A DNA stretch of 61,646 nt from Candidatus Zambryskibacteria bacterium RIFCSPLOWO2_01_FULL_39_39 (GTDB lineage Bacteria > Patescibacteriota > Minisyncoccia > Phycocordibacterales > WO2-35-19). Position numbers and translations under genes: made by a program. Location of the stretch: assembly GCA_001823925.1 (NCBI GenBank), contig MHWB01000010.1, forward strand, positions 1-61,646. The letters run 5' to 3'. The notes under the pieces are model-generated. The model was not told the origin of the DNA and did not search any database. It worked only from the letters and a program-made list of their open reading frames with translations. Of this stretch, positions 38,884 to 48,189 are shown piece after piece (the stretch's first letter is position 1; each line of letters starts with the position of its first letter).

Positions 38884-39771
38884 TTAATTACCATCTTCAA
38901 AAACCAACTCAAAAGCTTTTTTCAAAGCTGGTTCTTGCATCGCGGCATGACTTGAACCATACACAACAAAAACTCGCTTATGAGTTTTAAACGCATTTAG
39001 TATTTCACTCACAATTTTTCTATCTCTAAGAAGCGACGAGGCTTCGCCAATTCGGTTTAAAATTGTTTGTTTTTCTTTTTTCTCGTCCCACGGTATTGGG
39101 TCAATTCGATCAAGTGCATTTGGGTCGTTTTCAACATCTACGGCTTCGCCGAAAATCTGTTCGCCAAGTTGTATAACACGCTCATAAGAGTAATCAAATC
39201 CTTCCCAATGTGTAGCTTGTTTAAATCTATCAAGAAATGGCTGGACGTACTGCTTGAATCCTCGCTTATTCATTTGGCGATGATATTGAGGAAGTATAAG
39301 AAAAACATCCCATGCAAAAATTTGATCTTTTGAAAATCCTTTGGCGAGCAGATTATTGTACAAATCCTCATCCGTTGGTTCCGGTGAACTCCAATCAATC
39401 CCTTTATCAATTCCAAGTTTTAAAGTAAAACCGGACTCGCCCATACGGTCTATTGCTTCTTCGCGTGTAGCAGATTTTATACTCTCATTAAATTTGTTTT
39501 TATCTACTCGAACATTCATACCCTCAACAAAAACAATATCAGGATTTACTTTATTGAAAGCGGCCTCAATTTCTGCAAATAATGGATTGTTTGGGTCACT
39601 TGTGTGAGACGAACCAAAGTAATAAAGTTCTTTATCTCCTGTTTTCAATTCAAAAATATATGGCGTCGCGTGTTCAATTTTGCTATATTCCTCTGCTGTC
39701 ATTATGCTATCTAAAATCTGTTCTAGCACTTCAGATGAACTTTCTTTTTTTATAAATAACAGTTGTTCCAT
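38884..39771 (-). CDS. hypothetical protein, possibly TraB/GumN/Tiki-superfamily
   Basis: FGSSH ... VFVEG ... YGSSHA spacing resembles the GxxH/E/GxxH pattern. This is a weak call. Confidence 0.35.
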   Translation of the reverse strand: MEQLLFIKKESSSEVLEQILDSIMTAEEYSKIEHATPYIFELKTGDKELYYFGSSHTSDPNNPLFAEIEAAFNKVNPDIVFVEGMNVRVDKNKFNESIKSATREEAIDRMGESGFTLKLGIDKGIDWSSPEPTDEDLYNNLLAKGFSKDQIFAWDVFLILPQYHRQMNKRGFKQYVQPFLDRFKQATHWEGFDYSYERVIQLGEQIFGEAVDVENDPNALDRIDPIPWDEKKEKQTILNRIGEASSLLRDRKIVSEILNAFKTHKRVFVVYGSSHAAMQEPALKKAFELVFEDGN

Positions 39772-39775
39772 ATTC

Positions 39776-39991
39776 TTATTTTAACTTATTCCATCTATCT
39801 TTTGAAATACCAGCTTGACGCAATATTTCTGCTAATAAAAATTTTGAAATATCTCCTCTGTGTGGATTTGGTATTCTTAATTTGAAACCATTTTTTATCA
39901 TAAACAAATGACGGCCCCCAGAATAAGGTCCGCCAAATCCAAAAAGTCTTAACCTGATAACTAATTCACGAAGAGAAATACTTTTAAGCAT
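39776..39991 (-). CDS. hicA: HicA-like mRNA interferase toxin
   Basis: RELV..L...GF......G.H pattern and ...IPNPHRGDIS..LL.EILRQAGI. Confidence 0.75.
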   Translation of the reverse strand: MLKSISLRELVIRLRLFGFGGPYSGGRHLFMIKNGFKLRIPNPHRGDISKFLLAEILRQAGISKDRWNKLK

Positions 39992-40229
39992 GCAAAAATT
40001 GGTTTCGTCTATCAAAACGAATACTAAGACCGGGGATTTTCTCTCCCCCTTTCAATCTTAAAATAACCCAGTCTTCCAACACTTCTTGTAGTTCTTTTCT
40101 GCAATTTTCTAGATTTTTAGAATTCGCCCACACACCACGAACACCTCTTATTTCTCCAAAATAAGAGCCATCTCCTAAAATCTTGTAGGAAGCATTTTTT
40201 AATCTTGATTCTATAAATGAAGATATCAT
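39984..40229 (-). CDS. hicB: HicB-like antitoxin
   Basis: Its size and position overlap hicA by 8 nt. A TATAAT box lies just upstream of the ATG, so the mRNA may be leaderless. Confidence 0.65.
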   Translation of the reverse strand: MISSFIESRLKNASYKILGDGSYFGEIRGVRGVWANSKNLENCRKELQEVLEDWVILRLKGGEKIPGLSIRFDRRNQFLHA

Positions 40230-40253
40230 ATTGGTATTATACCACATTATGAA

Positions 40254-41192
40254 TCACAACTTCAAATACTTGCGAACAGCCAAAAAACTTGACACCGCCC
40301 CGATAGCAACACCAGAAAAAATGATGATAAAAGCTATTTGGAAAAAATTGCCTATATAATAATCAAAAACATTGAGACCTATAAAAAAGTTTTGAGTGGT
40401 ATTGCCGAGCCAATAGCAAATAGGGAAAAATAATATGGTAGTGACAAGCCCCGAGATAAGACCAACCAAAATACCAGTAGCCACAAACGGACCCTTAACA
40501 TAATTTTTGGAGGCGCCCACGAGTTGCATCACCGAGATCTCTTCACGAGAAATGTAGATAGTGAGCCTAACAGTATTGAAAGTTATGATGATAGAGACAA
40601 TAACCAGGGCCAAGGAAGTGACGAGGCCAAGATTTTCAACTGAATTTACAATGCGGGAAAGTTTGTCTATGGCGGTGCGATTTTCAAAATAATTTATCTT
40701 ATCTATTATTTTCTGACCTTGAGAAGAGAGAATATTTTCTTCATTTAGAAAATTAGCGATGCCTTCGTATTGAGAAGGCTCTTTGGCTTTTATGTTTAAG
40801 ACGGCCCCAAGAGGGTTGTCCCCCAACTCTTCAAGCGCCTGGATCGTTATTTGATCATTTTCATGCCTCAACCTAAAATTATCTAGAGCTTGTTCTCTGT
40901 TTATATATTCCACACTAGAGACTTCTGGTAAAGTTTCTATCTTAGTCTTCAAAGAGAGAATATCGTTTTCTGGAGCTGTAGTAATAAAATATACATTTAT
41001 ATCAACCTTGTTGCGCAACTCCGCCATAGTAATATTTAATACAGCACCGATGAATATGACCCCACCAATAACAGAAAGAGTGATGATCATCACCAAGATT
41101 GAAGCAAAGGAAATATAACCGCTTCGCCAGAAATTAAAAAAACCGGCTTTGATGACTCTTTTTAATTTTGTTTTAAATTCTATTTTTTCCAT
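40254..41192 (-). CDS. ftsX: cell division permease-like protein FtsX
   Basis: Four-TM topology with a large first extracellular loop; located downstream of ftsE. Confidence 0.9.
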   Translation of the reverse strand: MEKIEFKTKLKRVIKAGFFNFWRSGYISFASILVMIITLSVIGGVIFIGAVLNITMAELRNKVDINVYFITTAPENDILSLKTKIETLPEVSSVEYINREQALDNFRLRHENDQITIQALEELGDNPLGAVLNIKAKEPSQYEGIANFLNEENILSSQGQKIIDKINYFENRTAIDKLSRIVNSVENLGLVTSLALVIVSIIITFNTVRLTIYISREEISVMQLVGASKNYVKGPFVATGILVGLISGLVTTILFFPICYWLGNTTQNFFIGLNVFDYYIGNFFQIAFIIIFSGVAIGAVSSFLAVRKYLKL

Positions 41193-41220
41193 TTTTAAAC
41201 TTGCGCCTTTTAACTTTTTA

Positions 41221-41904
41221 CTAAAGTATATACTTGCCCGTCATATCATCTCTCACTATCCGACCGTCTTGTATTGTTATAACTCGACGACCAATCGAAT
41301 CTATTACCCCTTTGTTGTGGGTGGTCAAAATAACTGTCGTACCTAAATTATTTATTTTTTTAAGTATTTGAACGATATCGTAAGTGTTGACGGGGTCTAA
41401 ATTACCAGTCGGTTCGTCTGCGATAATTATATCAGGTTGATTGACGATTGCTCGAGCGATCGCCACTCTCTGCTTTTCACCTCCAGAAAGTTCGTGCGGG
41501 AAATTCCAAATTTTTGAACCCAAATCAACCAATTCAAGCACGTGTGGCACATCAGACTCTATCTCTTCATCTGGCCGGCCAGCCGCCTCCATAGCGAAAG
41601 CAATATTTTCGTAGACATTTTTATGAGGAAGCAATCTAAAATCTTGAAAAACTGCCCCTATCTTCCTTCTCACAAAATTTATATCTTTACCAGAAAGCAA
41701 ATGTATATCTATATCGTGCAAGAGCACCCGGCCGTGAGTTGGCCTCTCTTCTGCCAAAAGCATTCGCAAAAGCGTCGTCTTGCCCGCTCCCGACGGACCC
41801 ACGATTGAAACAAATTCGTTTGGTTTTATTACAAAAGAGACTTCGTCCAAAGCGACATAATCATTATTGTATTTTTTTGAAACATTATCAAAGGTAATGG
41901 ACAT
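41221..41904 (-). CDS. ftsE: cell division ATP-binding protein FtsE
   Basis: Walker A GPSGAGKTT, signature LSGGEKQR, Walker B IIIADEP. Confidence 0.93.
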   Translation of the reverse strand: MSITFDNVSKKYNNDYVALDEVSFVIKPNEFVSIVGPSGAGKTTLLRMLLAEERPTHGRVLLHDIDIHLLSGKDINFVRRKIGAVFQDFRLLPHKNVYENIAFAMEAAGRPDEEIESDVPHVLELVDLGSKIWNFPHELSGGEKQRVAIARAIVNQPDIIIADEPTGNLDPVNTYDIVQILKKINNLGTTVILTTHNKGVIDSIGRRVITIQDGRIVRDDMTGKYIL

Positions 41905-41932
41905 AGGTTTATTATAACCTCCTCAATTTTTT

Positions 41933-42817
41933 TTACAAACCCTTCTCCGCCTCTATAAATTCATCAATCTTTCCTTCTTCCAAAACTTTATTTACATCAC
42001 TGGTCTCTACTTCTGTGCGATGATCTTTGACCATTTTGTAAGGATGCAAGACATAGGAGCGTATTTGATTGCCCCAAGTAATCTCCATGGTTTTGCTTAT
42101 ATACATTCCCTCTTCTCTGGAAATCCTTTTTTCTTCCAGAGCTTTAAATATTTTGCCTTTGAGTATAGAGAGGGCCTTCTCTTTGTTTTGGACTTGAGAA
42201 CGCTCGTTATCACTCTCTGCAGAGAGTCTAGTGGGTAAGTGCACAATTCGCACCGCAGTCTCCCTCTTGTTTACATTTTGCCCCCCGGGGCCACTAGATC
42301 TTGAAAGTTCTACTTTTAAATCTTTCTCATCCAGTTCAATATCTTTTTCATTTTGTTTTTCAAATTTAGGTATAACTTCTACCATAGAGAAGCTTGTGTG
42401 CCTTTTTGCGTTTGCATTAAAAGGAGAGATCCTCACAAGTCTGTGTACTCCAGACTCGTTCTTCAGAACACCGTAAGCACCTTTACCATTTATTTCAACT
42501 GTTATGTTTCTGTATCCGCCATTATCATTTTGGTTTTCGTGTAAGATGCGGTAACCAAAAGATTTGCTTTCAAAATATTTAAAATACATCCGCAAAAGCA
42601 TTGCCGAAAAATCCTCCGCATCGTCCCCTCCGGCTCCAGAAAAGATAGTCATCAAAGCATCTCCCTTATCATATTCTCCTCCCCCTTCCAACCCATCTTT
42701 TAACTTCTGAATTTCTTTGATAGCCAGTTGCGCCCTTTCTTTATCAGCCCAAAAATCAGGAGACGCCATCCCTTCTTCCAATTCTTTTATTTTTTTCTCT
42801 ATTTCTTGTTTATCCAT
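41933..42817 (-). CDS. prfB: peptide chain release factor 2, short form, single uninterrupted ORF
   Basis: SPF tripeptide (RISPFNA) and GGQ (SGPGGQNVN). Confidence 0.9.
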   Translation of the reverse strand: MDKQEIEKKIKELEEGMASPDFWADKERAQLAIKEIQKLKDGLEGGGEYDKGDALMTIFSGAGGDDAEDFSAMLLRMYFKYFESKSFGYRILHENQNDNGGYRNITVEINGKGAYGVLKNESGVHRLVRISPFNANAKRHTSFSMVEVIPKFEKQNEKDIELDEKDLKVELSRSSGPGGQNVNKRETAVRIVHLPTRLSAESDNERSQVQNKEKALSILKGKIFKALEEKRISREEGMYISKTMEITWGNQIRSYVLHPYKMVKDHRTEVETSDVNKVLEEGKIDEFIEAEKGL

Positions 42818-42841
42818 TGTTATATAGGATCTTAAACCCAG

Positions 42842-42914
42842 AGCCGGAGGCGAGAATTGAACTCGCGGTCTCTGCTTTACGAAAGCATTGCTTTACCAAC
42901 TAAGCTACTCCGGC
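42842..42914 (-). tRNA. tRNA-Thr (anticodon CGU)
   Basis: GCCGGAG acceptor, anticodon loop TTCGTAA, T-loop GTTCAATTC. Confidence 0.88.
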
Positions 42915-43059
42915 AATAGCTCAATCTTATATTATTTTCCATTTTGGACAACTCACCAAATCAGTCGTCCACTGCCCGCCTTCTAATTTATCAAGCCAGC
43001 TAGCAAAATAATTAAAACCATCAAAAAGAAAACAAACAAAGCAAATGTGACGTATTTTT

Positions 43060-44415
43060 TCATGTTGACAGACTGAATTCTTCAGAATGAATTTTATTAT
43101 TACCAAATCCTAATTTTATAAATTGTTCTCTCAAACTTTGCATAAAACTTGGGGGACCACACAAAAACACATCCGCACCAGAAATGTCGCTGTTGTTATT
43201 TGATATAAATTTGGTAGAGATATAGCCATCTCTTTCGGAAAAGTGTTCGTAGAATTTAAAATTTTCATTTTGTCTTGAGATCTCTCTAAGTTCACTCCCA
43301 AAAGCCGCTTCACTTACATTTTTTATTGAATAATAAAGATCTATTTTGTAATCATTGTCGCCCGAAACATTTATATGCCTAGCCATACTTAAAAATGGAG
43401 TGATACCTATACCACCAGCAATCCAAATCTGCTTTTTAGACTGCGCCTTTTTATAAGAAAACGCTCCGAAAGGGCCTTCAATTTTACAAATCGTCCCGGG
43501 CTTCATCAAATAGACCATCGAGGTGTAGTCGCCCAAAGCTTTTATACCCAAAGATAAGTCTTTGTCATCAGGATAAGAAGTGACAGAAAATGGGTGGGCT
43601 TCTGAAAGGATGCCATAGTTTTCCCCTTCGCCCAAAGACGATTCAAACCTCAAAAAAACAAACTGCCCAGGAAGAAACCTAATTTTAGAAGATAAAGGAG
43701 ATAATTTTAATTCAGCCACATTTTCATTTATTTTTATTATTTTTTCTAATTTATATTTGTACTCCCCCTTTTTATAAATTCCAAAAATAGTCCGATAAAG
43801 ATACGAAAAGGCTCCTAAAGAAGCCAGACTAAACATATAGTATTTTAGTAAAGCATTGTTTGAAACATCACTAGGAATAAAAAACATATGAAGACCTCCC
43901 AAAAATAAAACAATGCCAAGATATTTGTGAGTATTTTTCCAATTTTGATATTTAAAATTCAAATAAAAAGTAATCACCATCAAAACAATAAGAAGGAGTA
44001 GACCGAGCTTGCCAAAATTCATTGGCCAGTCTTGGAATGAAAAAAGAAAAATGAGAGCGGCTTTTAAGGAGATGGAGAGATATTGAGCAGTCAAAAATAA
44101 TGGATGAAAAAGTAAAAAACAAAACGACAATGCCCCAATAATATGATGCTTCACATAGACCCTATTTAAACCGCTAAACAGTTTATCCAAAAACCTGAAG
44201 CGCGCCGCTAGTATGAAATTTATTGAAAGTAGCGCCATACCCAAAAGTCCCGTTAACTGACCCAAACTGCGAAAGATTGCCCCAGATGAGGAAAAACGAA
44301 CACCTAAAGGACTCAAAGGGTACCACAAAACAAGCGGTACAAGCGCTAAAACTATTATAAAAATGACACCCAAATTGTCCCTTAACGACTTTTTCATTTG
44401 ATTTAGCAAAATCAC
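43060..44415 (-). CDS. ferric reductase-like transmembrane protein with FAD/NAD(P)-binding domain (NOX/FRE-like)
   Basis: Six TM helices with conserved His residues, an HPFS FAD motif, and a GGIGITP NAD motif. Confidence 0.8.
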   Translation of the reverse strand: MILLNQMKKSLRDNLGVIFIIVLALVPLVLWYPLSPLGVRFSSSGAIFRSLGQLTGLLGMALLSINFILAARFRFLDKLFSGLNRVYVKHHIIGALSFCFLLFHPLFLTAQYLSISLKAALIFLFSFQDWPMNFGKLGLLLLIVLMVITFYLNFKYQNWKNTHKYLGIVLFLGGLHMFFIPSDVSNNALLKYYMFSLASLGAFSYLYRTIFGIYKKGEYKYKLEKIIKINENVAELKLSPLSSKIRFLPGQFVFLRFESSLGEGENYGILSEAHPFSVTSYPDDKDLSLGIKALGDYTSMVYLMKPGTICKIEGPFGAFSYKKAQSKKQIWIAGGIGITPFLSMARHINVSGDNDYKIDLYYSIKNVSEAAFGSELREISRQNENFKFYEHFSERDGYISTKFISNNNSDISGADVFLCGPPSFMQSLREQFIKLGFGNNKIHSEEFSLST

Positions 44416-44477
44416 GTCGCACGATACGTCCTTTAGAGTGCGACCTTTATTATACCAGAAAAATCTTTTTTGAAATC

Positions 44478-44948
44478 TTACCTAAAGATAGAAAGAAATC
44501 CATTAAAGAAAGCAGAAAAGACATTGGCTAAGTTATTGGCCAAGCTTGTCTCTATCGCAAAAGAATCCAGGGTTACATCAGATTCACACCCATCTGGAAA
44601 TCTGGCAGAGCCTGCGCAAGTGACTTCTACATATAGATTTTCACCCACATCAGATTTTGTGGGCACCCAGGTCTCAATACCATCATTTACAGAATATTCT
44701 GCAACCCTTCTTACCAGTTCATAAGAAGCTGGATTATCACTTATCTTTTTTATCAAATTTATATGCACAAAAGCGCCCAAAGGAAAATTTTGAGACTCCC
44801 AAGTTACAATATTTTCTTCCCCAACATTTACCGCCGCCCCCTCAACAGTAGAGGTAACGTTTACTTTAGAAGAAACTTGAGCAGAAGCTCCGTTAGAAAC
44901 AAATAAAGACGCAAGCAGTACCAACCCAATTACAAATATATTTTTCAT
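44478..44948 (-). CDS. secreted hypothetical protein
   Basis: Clear signal peptide ending ASA-Q. Confidence 0.6.
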   Translation of the reverse strand: MKNIFVIGLVLLASLFVSNGASAQVSSKVNVTSTVEGAAVNVGEENIVTWESQNFPLGAFVHINLIKKISDNPASYELVRRVAEYSVNDGIETWVPTKSDVGENLYVEVTCAGSARFPDGCESDVTLDSFAIETSLANNLANVFSAFFNGFLSIFR

Positions 44949-45163
44949 TTGATTTAATCTTAATTTTAAAGCTAAAAACCTTATTTTTTCTACTTATTAA
45001 ACTTAATAATAACAGTATATACTACTTATAAACTTTGTCAAGTATCATGTGTGGATTAGTATTTCCATCTGGTGGCATAAATATATTTTAACAGAAAAAC
45101 CCGCCGACCGTTACGACAGATTTTTCTGTCGCTCGGTAGCGAGTTGTTGGAGTTGCCTATTTT

Positions 45164-45415
45164 CTACTCATCTGGCACACGACCAGCGATAATTTTGGGG
45201 GCATAACAGTGCCGACTATGCTGAAAATCGTTTGGGTTACTTGTACGGCTGTGGCGTTCGAGAGCAATCTTTTTTGCTTCCTCAATTCCGCTTGCGGGAA
45301 ATGTTCTGGTTGAAAAATCACATCCTTGATTCCCACAAATTGCAATCCAGTTGCCCGGGCAATACTCGGCCTCTTTTGAAGTAAAAGGGGTGAGCGAAAC
45401 TGCTTTGTCAGACAT
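45164..45415 (-). CDS. small Cys-rich protein (83 aa), intact paralog of 1038..1286
   Basis: SD GGAAAGGAG. CPGNWIAICGNQGC motif. Its upstream region is conserved with the paralog's. Confidence 0.65.
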   Translation of the reverse strand: MSDKAVSLTPFTSKEAEYCPGNWIAICGNQGCDFSTRTFPASGIEEAKKIALERHSRTSNPNDFQHSRHCYAPKIIAGRVPDE

Positions 45416-45468
45416 AGGAATTTCTCCTTTCCGTTTTTATGAAAACATATTGGAGTAAATAAGTCAAT

Positions 45469-45496
45469 TTGACAAGTATTTTGGCTCATGTATACT
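45469..45496 (+). promoter_or_regulatory. near-consensus sigma70-type promoter
   Basis: TTGACA, 16 nt, TATACT. Confidence 0.6.
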
Positions 45497-45502
45497 AGAA
45501 GT

Positions 45503-45586
45503 ACAGTTGGCTTCGGCCTCGCCCCCGCAAGGGGGAAAATGTAAGAAAAGCCGTCAGAGCAAGTCTTTGGCGGCTTTTCTTAATTT
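45503..45586 (+). ncRNA. candidate ~85-nt structured sRNA, antisense to the mazF 3' end
   Basis: GGC-TTCG-GCC and CCCCC-GCAA-GGGGG tetraloop hairpins. A 9-bp terminator stem GAAAAGCCG/CGGCTTTTC is followed by TTAATTT. Confidence 0.4.
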
Positions 45587-45937
45587 GGAAAATACATCTT
45601 TTTCAAGAAAACCAATTCGACTCTGTAATCGTTTGGTATCCACAACTCGTATTTGGGAAAGATTGGCTTTTGCCTCTTCTCCCTCAATTTTTCCGATAGG
45701 TATTCGTAGGGCATGCTTGCGTGGAGATGTAGTAAGAGGAACAACTAAACACGCGTCAGGACCAAAACCTCTCAAAATAACACACGGCCTGACATACCAT
45801 TCTCCTTTTCCATCTTGTTCCGTGCCTATGTTTATGCCAAACCTGCACCACTATATTTCACGAACGGTATAAAGCCTCGATTGCTCCGTTTCAGTTTTCT
45901 TTTTAATCTCATTCCAACTATCAAAATCTTTTTGCAT
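45554..45937 (-). pseudogene. mazF: PemK/MazF-family toxin gene with in-frame TAG at codon 29
   Basis: MQKDFDSWNEIKKK...VREI*WCRFGINIGTEQDGKGEWYVRPCVIL...VVPLTT...QIRVVDTKRL. The whole gene is one reading frame apart from the TAG at 45851-45853. Confidence 0.75.
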
Positions 45938-45998
45938 GATGTGTGTATTTTAGCATGCATAAGAAAAATAATTTTGAACCCCGCAAGTTTCGTTCTAG

Positions 45999-46070
45999 AG
46001 CCGGGGGAGAGAATCGGACTCTCGACCTCCGTCTTACCAAGACGGCGTTCTACCACTGAACTACCCCGGC
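45999..46070 (-). tRNA. tRNA-Thr (anticodon GGU)
   Basis: GCCGGGG acceptor, anticodon arm CCGTC-TTGGTAA-GACGG. Confidence 0.88.
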
Positions 46071-46105
46071 TTTATTAACCCCTAAATTTATATCAAAAAA
46101 ATTGA

Positions 46106-46771
46106 CTAAAAGCTATCTGCTTTTTCATAATCTTTATATAAAGACAAAAACCCGACAAAAGCGATCAAAAATAAGATGAGCGGATATATGAGTAAGTACT
46201 TACCAGATAGCATAGCAAGCTTGGAACCCAAAAATACCAACATTAAATCAATGGGAATATAAAAAAGAGCGTTTATAACACTAAACGTCCAAAAATTTAT
46301 TTTAGAAAGTCCGGCCGCATAAGAAAGAAGTTCTGGCATACTTATAAATCCCAGCCTCGCTTTTATAAAAGACTTGGTACTGCTTATTATGTTTACGGTG
46401 CTCAAAACTCTTGCGACATTTTGAGATCCAGCAAAAAAACCTAAAACTTTTTGCCCATATTTTCTACTTAAGAAAAAACAAACCGAGGAGCCAAAAATAT
46501 CTCCCAAAAAACAAATTAGAAACCCTTTTGCTCCTCCAAAAAGAGTGCCCGATAAAACATAGAGCGGAGTGCCTCCAAGTGGCGCGATAATAAGCGTTGA
46601 CGCTTTGAGAAAGAAAATAATAAGCGGTGCCCAAATACCAAAAGATGCGACGTAAATTTCAAGTTCGCCACTTTTTACCATTTTTATGGATATGACAAAG
46701 AGGGCGACGACAACGATAAGCCAGACAATTTCAATTATTTTTTCTCTCCTTATCTTAATCATTTTTTGCAA
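46106..46771 (-). CDS. TVP38/TMEM64 (DedA-related) membrane protein
   Basis: Polytopic membrane protein; G...G.....G...G......SR..G-type motif. Confidence 0.7.
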   Translation of the reverse strand: MQKMIKIRREKIIEIVWLIVVVALFVISIKMVKSGELEIYVASFGIWAPLIIFFLKASTLIIAPLGGTPLYVLSGTLFGGAKGFLICFLGDIFGSSVCFFLSRKYGQKVLGFFAGSQNVARVLSTVNIISSTKSFIKARLGFISMPELLSYAAGLSKINFWTFSVINALFYIPIDLMLVFLGSKLAMLSGKYLLIYPLILFLIAFVGFLSLYKDYEKADSF

Positions 46772-47652
46772 ACTTTGTTTAATTCAGTCTTATCTTCTAG
46801 GCTAAGAGCAAGAGAGTCTCTAGCATCGCTTGCAATACTGTTCATTATAGAGCTACTCCCCCCTACATGATCCATACCCAAGGCGTGCCCAAATTCATGA
46901 GCAAGTACCATTAGGAGAGATGCCTTTGAATCAAACTGATATATATTTATCTCCCCTTTTGTGGTATATTCACCTTGATCAAACTCCAACCCGTGACCAT
47001 ACTTCTCATTGTAGGATTTAACAATCCTATTGTAATCGTTGGCGGCGCTGTTTCTATTTTTTATAAGTCGATTCAACTCTGTCGCCATATTGTTTAAAAG
47101 AATGGCATTTTTATTTATATTTTCAACTCTGATGTTTAGGGATACTCTTTCTGATTCTAGTTTATTAAAAACTGTCTCTCCTGCTCCCCCTTTTTTGTTC
47201 CAAAATTCTACTTCTCTGTTATGTTCTTTTTGATCTCTTTCTAGAGAAGCGACTTCCTGTTCGTGCAAAGAAGTAAGCCTCTTGTATTCGCTATCCAAAC
47301 TATATAGTTTATTGTCCCATTCTTCTAAAACATCTTCACTTTTGGTAAGTCCAAATTCTTCTTTTCTTTTTGCTTCTGTAAGTACTTGTCTGTTGTCATA
47401 TATGAGATTGACTTTAAATTTGGCTCCCATCTTGTATTTAAATAATTCTCTACCCACTTCCTTTTCCCAAACAGCCTCTGCGTCAGTTATATATTTTTTG
47501 AAATCTTCCTGCTTCAAGCCAAATTGTGTATCAAACTGCCCCACTGAGTATTCTAAAACCCTCTCGCAAGGAGCGAGAGAATTTTGATAAATAAAATATC
47601 CAGAATATCCGATAACTGCCAAAGAAAATAGTACCAAAAACGCATTCTTCAT
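46759..47652 (-). CDS. matrixin-like zinc metalloprotease (M10 family)
   Basis: HEFGHALGMDH zincin motif, N-terminal signal anchor, coiled-coil middle region. Confidence 0.8.
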   Translation of the reverse strand: MKNAFLVLFSLAVIGYSGYFIYQNSLAPCERVLEYSVGQFDTQFGLKQEDFKKYITDAEAVWEKEVGRELFKYKMGAKFKVNLIYDNRQVLTEAKRKEEFGLTKSEDVLEEWDNKLYSLDSEYKRLTSLHEQEVASLERDQKEHNREVEFWNKKGGAGETVFNKLESERVSLNIRVENINKNAILLNNMATELNRLIKNRNSAANDYNRIVKSYNEKYGHGLEFDQGEYTTKGEINIYQFDSKASLLMVLAHEFGHALGMDHVGGSSSIMNSIASDARDSLALSLEDKTELNKVCKK

Positions 47653-47698
47653 ACAAAGAATTTAGCACAAAACTTGATTATTATAAAACTTCAAACTT

Positions 47699-48067
47699 CT
47701 AGGTATTTTTATTTGCCCTGTAAAAGAAGTAGAGTGCCAGAGGAGCTCCCCAGTTGGCAAATCTTTCTACAAAGTCCCAAATTGGCAGACCAACTAAAGG
47801 TCTCACTAGAGCTGTCCAGAAGCCCCAAAATACTGCCCAGAGCAATACTTTTGACATCGGTCTAAACAAGACAATCAAAGCGACGAGTATATCTAAAATG
47901 CCAACCAAAAGTAGAAGTGTGGTAGCCAAAGAGGCGTCTACACCCATCATTTCACCTATCCACTTGATCCAGTCGGCTTTGCCTTGGATTGCAAAAACAC
48001 CGTGTCCCAAAAACTCCCCAGCCACCCCAACTCGGAGTGCCCATTCAATTTTTTTATTATCTGTCAT
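47699..48067 (-). CDS. DoxX-like small membrane protein (hypothetical)
   Basis: Four TM helices; weak family call. Confidence 0.45.
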   Translation of the reverse strand: MTDNKKIEWALRVGVAGEFLGHGVFAIQGKADWIKWIGEMMGVDASLATTLLLLVGILDILVALIVLFRPMSKVLLWAVFWGFWTALVRPLVGLPIWDFVERFANWGAPLALYFFYRANKNT

Positions 48068-48189
48068 TTATTTTCTTTGCTATTAATAATAGTTAATTAT
48101 ACCATGGCTAAAATATCGAAGTATGTGATATCCACTAGTGGCGTGGCTGTATCTATATTTAGTTTTTTTGGTATTATTATTAAAACATT

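Noticed and set aside
42985-43062. 26-aa hydrophobic ORF (MKKYVTFALFVFFLMVLIILLAGLIN) just downstream of the NOX-like gene.
   Set aside because: No promoter, SD or terminator could be identified, and it is too short to support without conservation data.
43257-43261. My hand translation suggested an extra A in an A-run, which would frameshift the NOX-like gene.
   Set aside because: The supplied ORF track gives one uninterrupted 451-aa ORF (43060..44415) through this point. I attribute the discrepancy to my manual counting of a homopolymer, not to biology.
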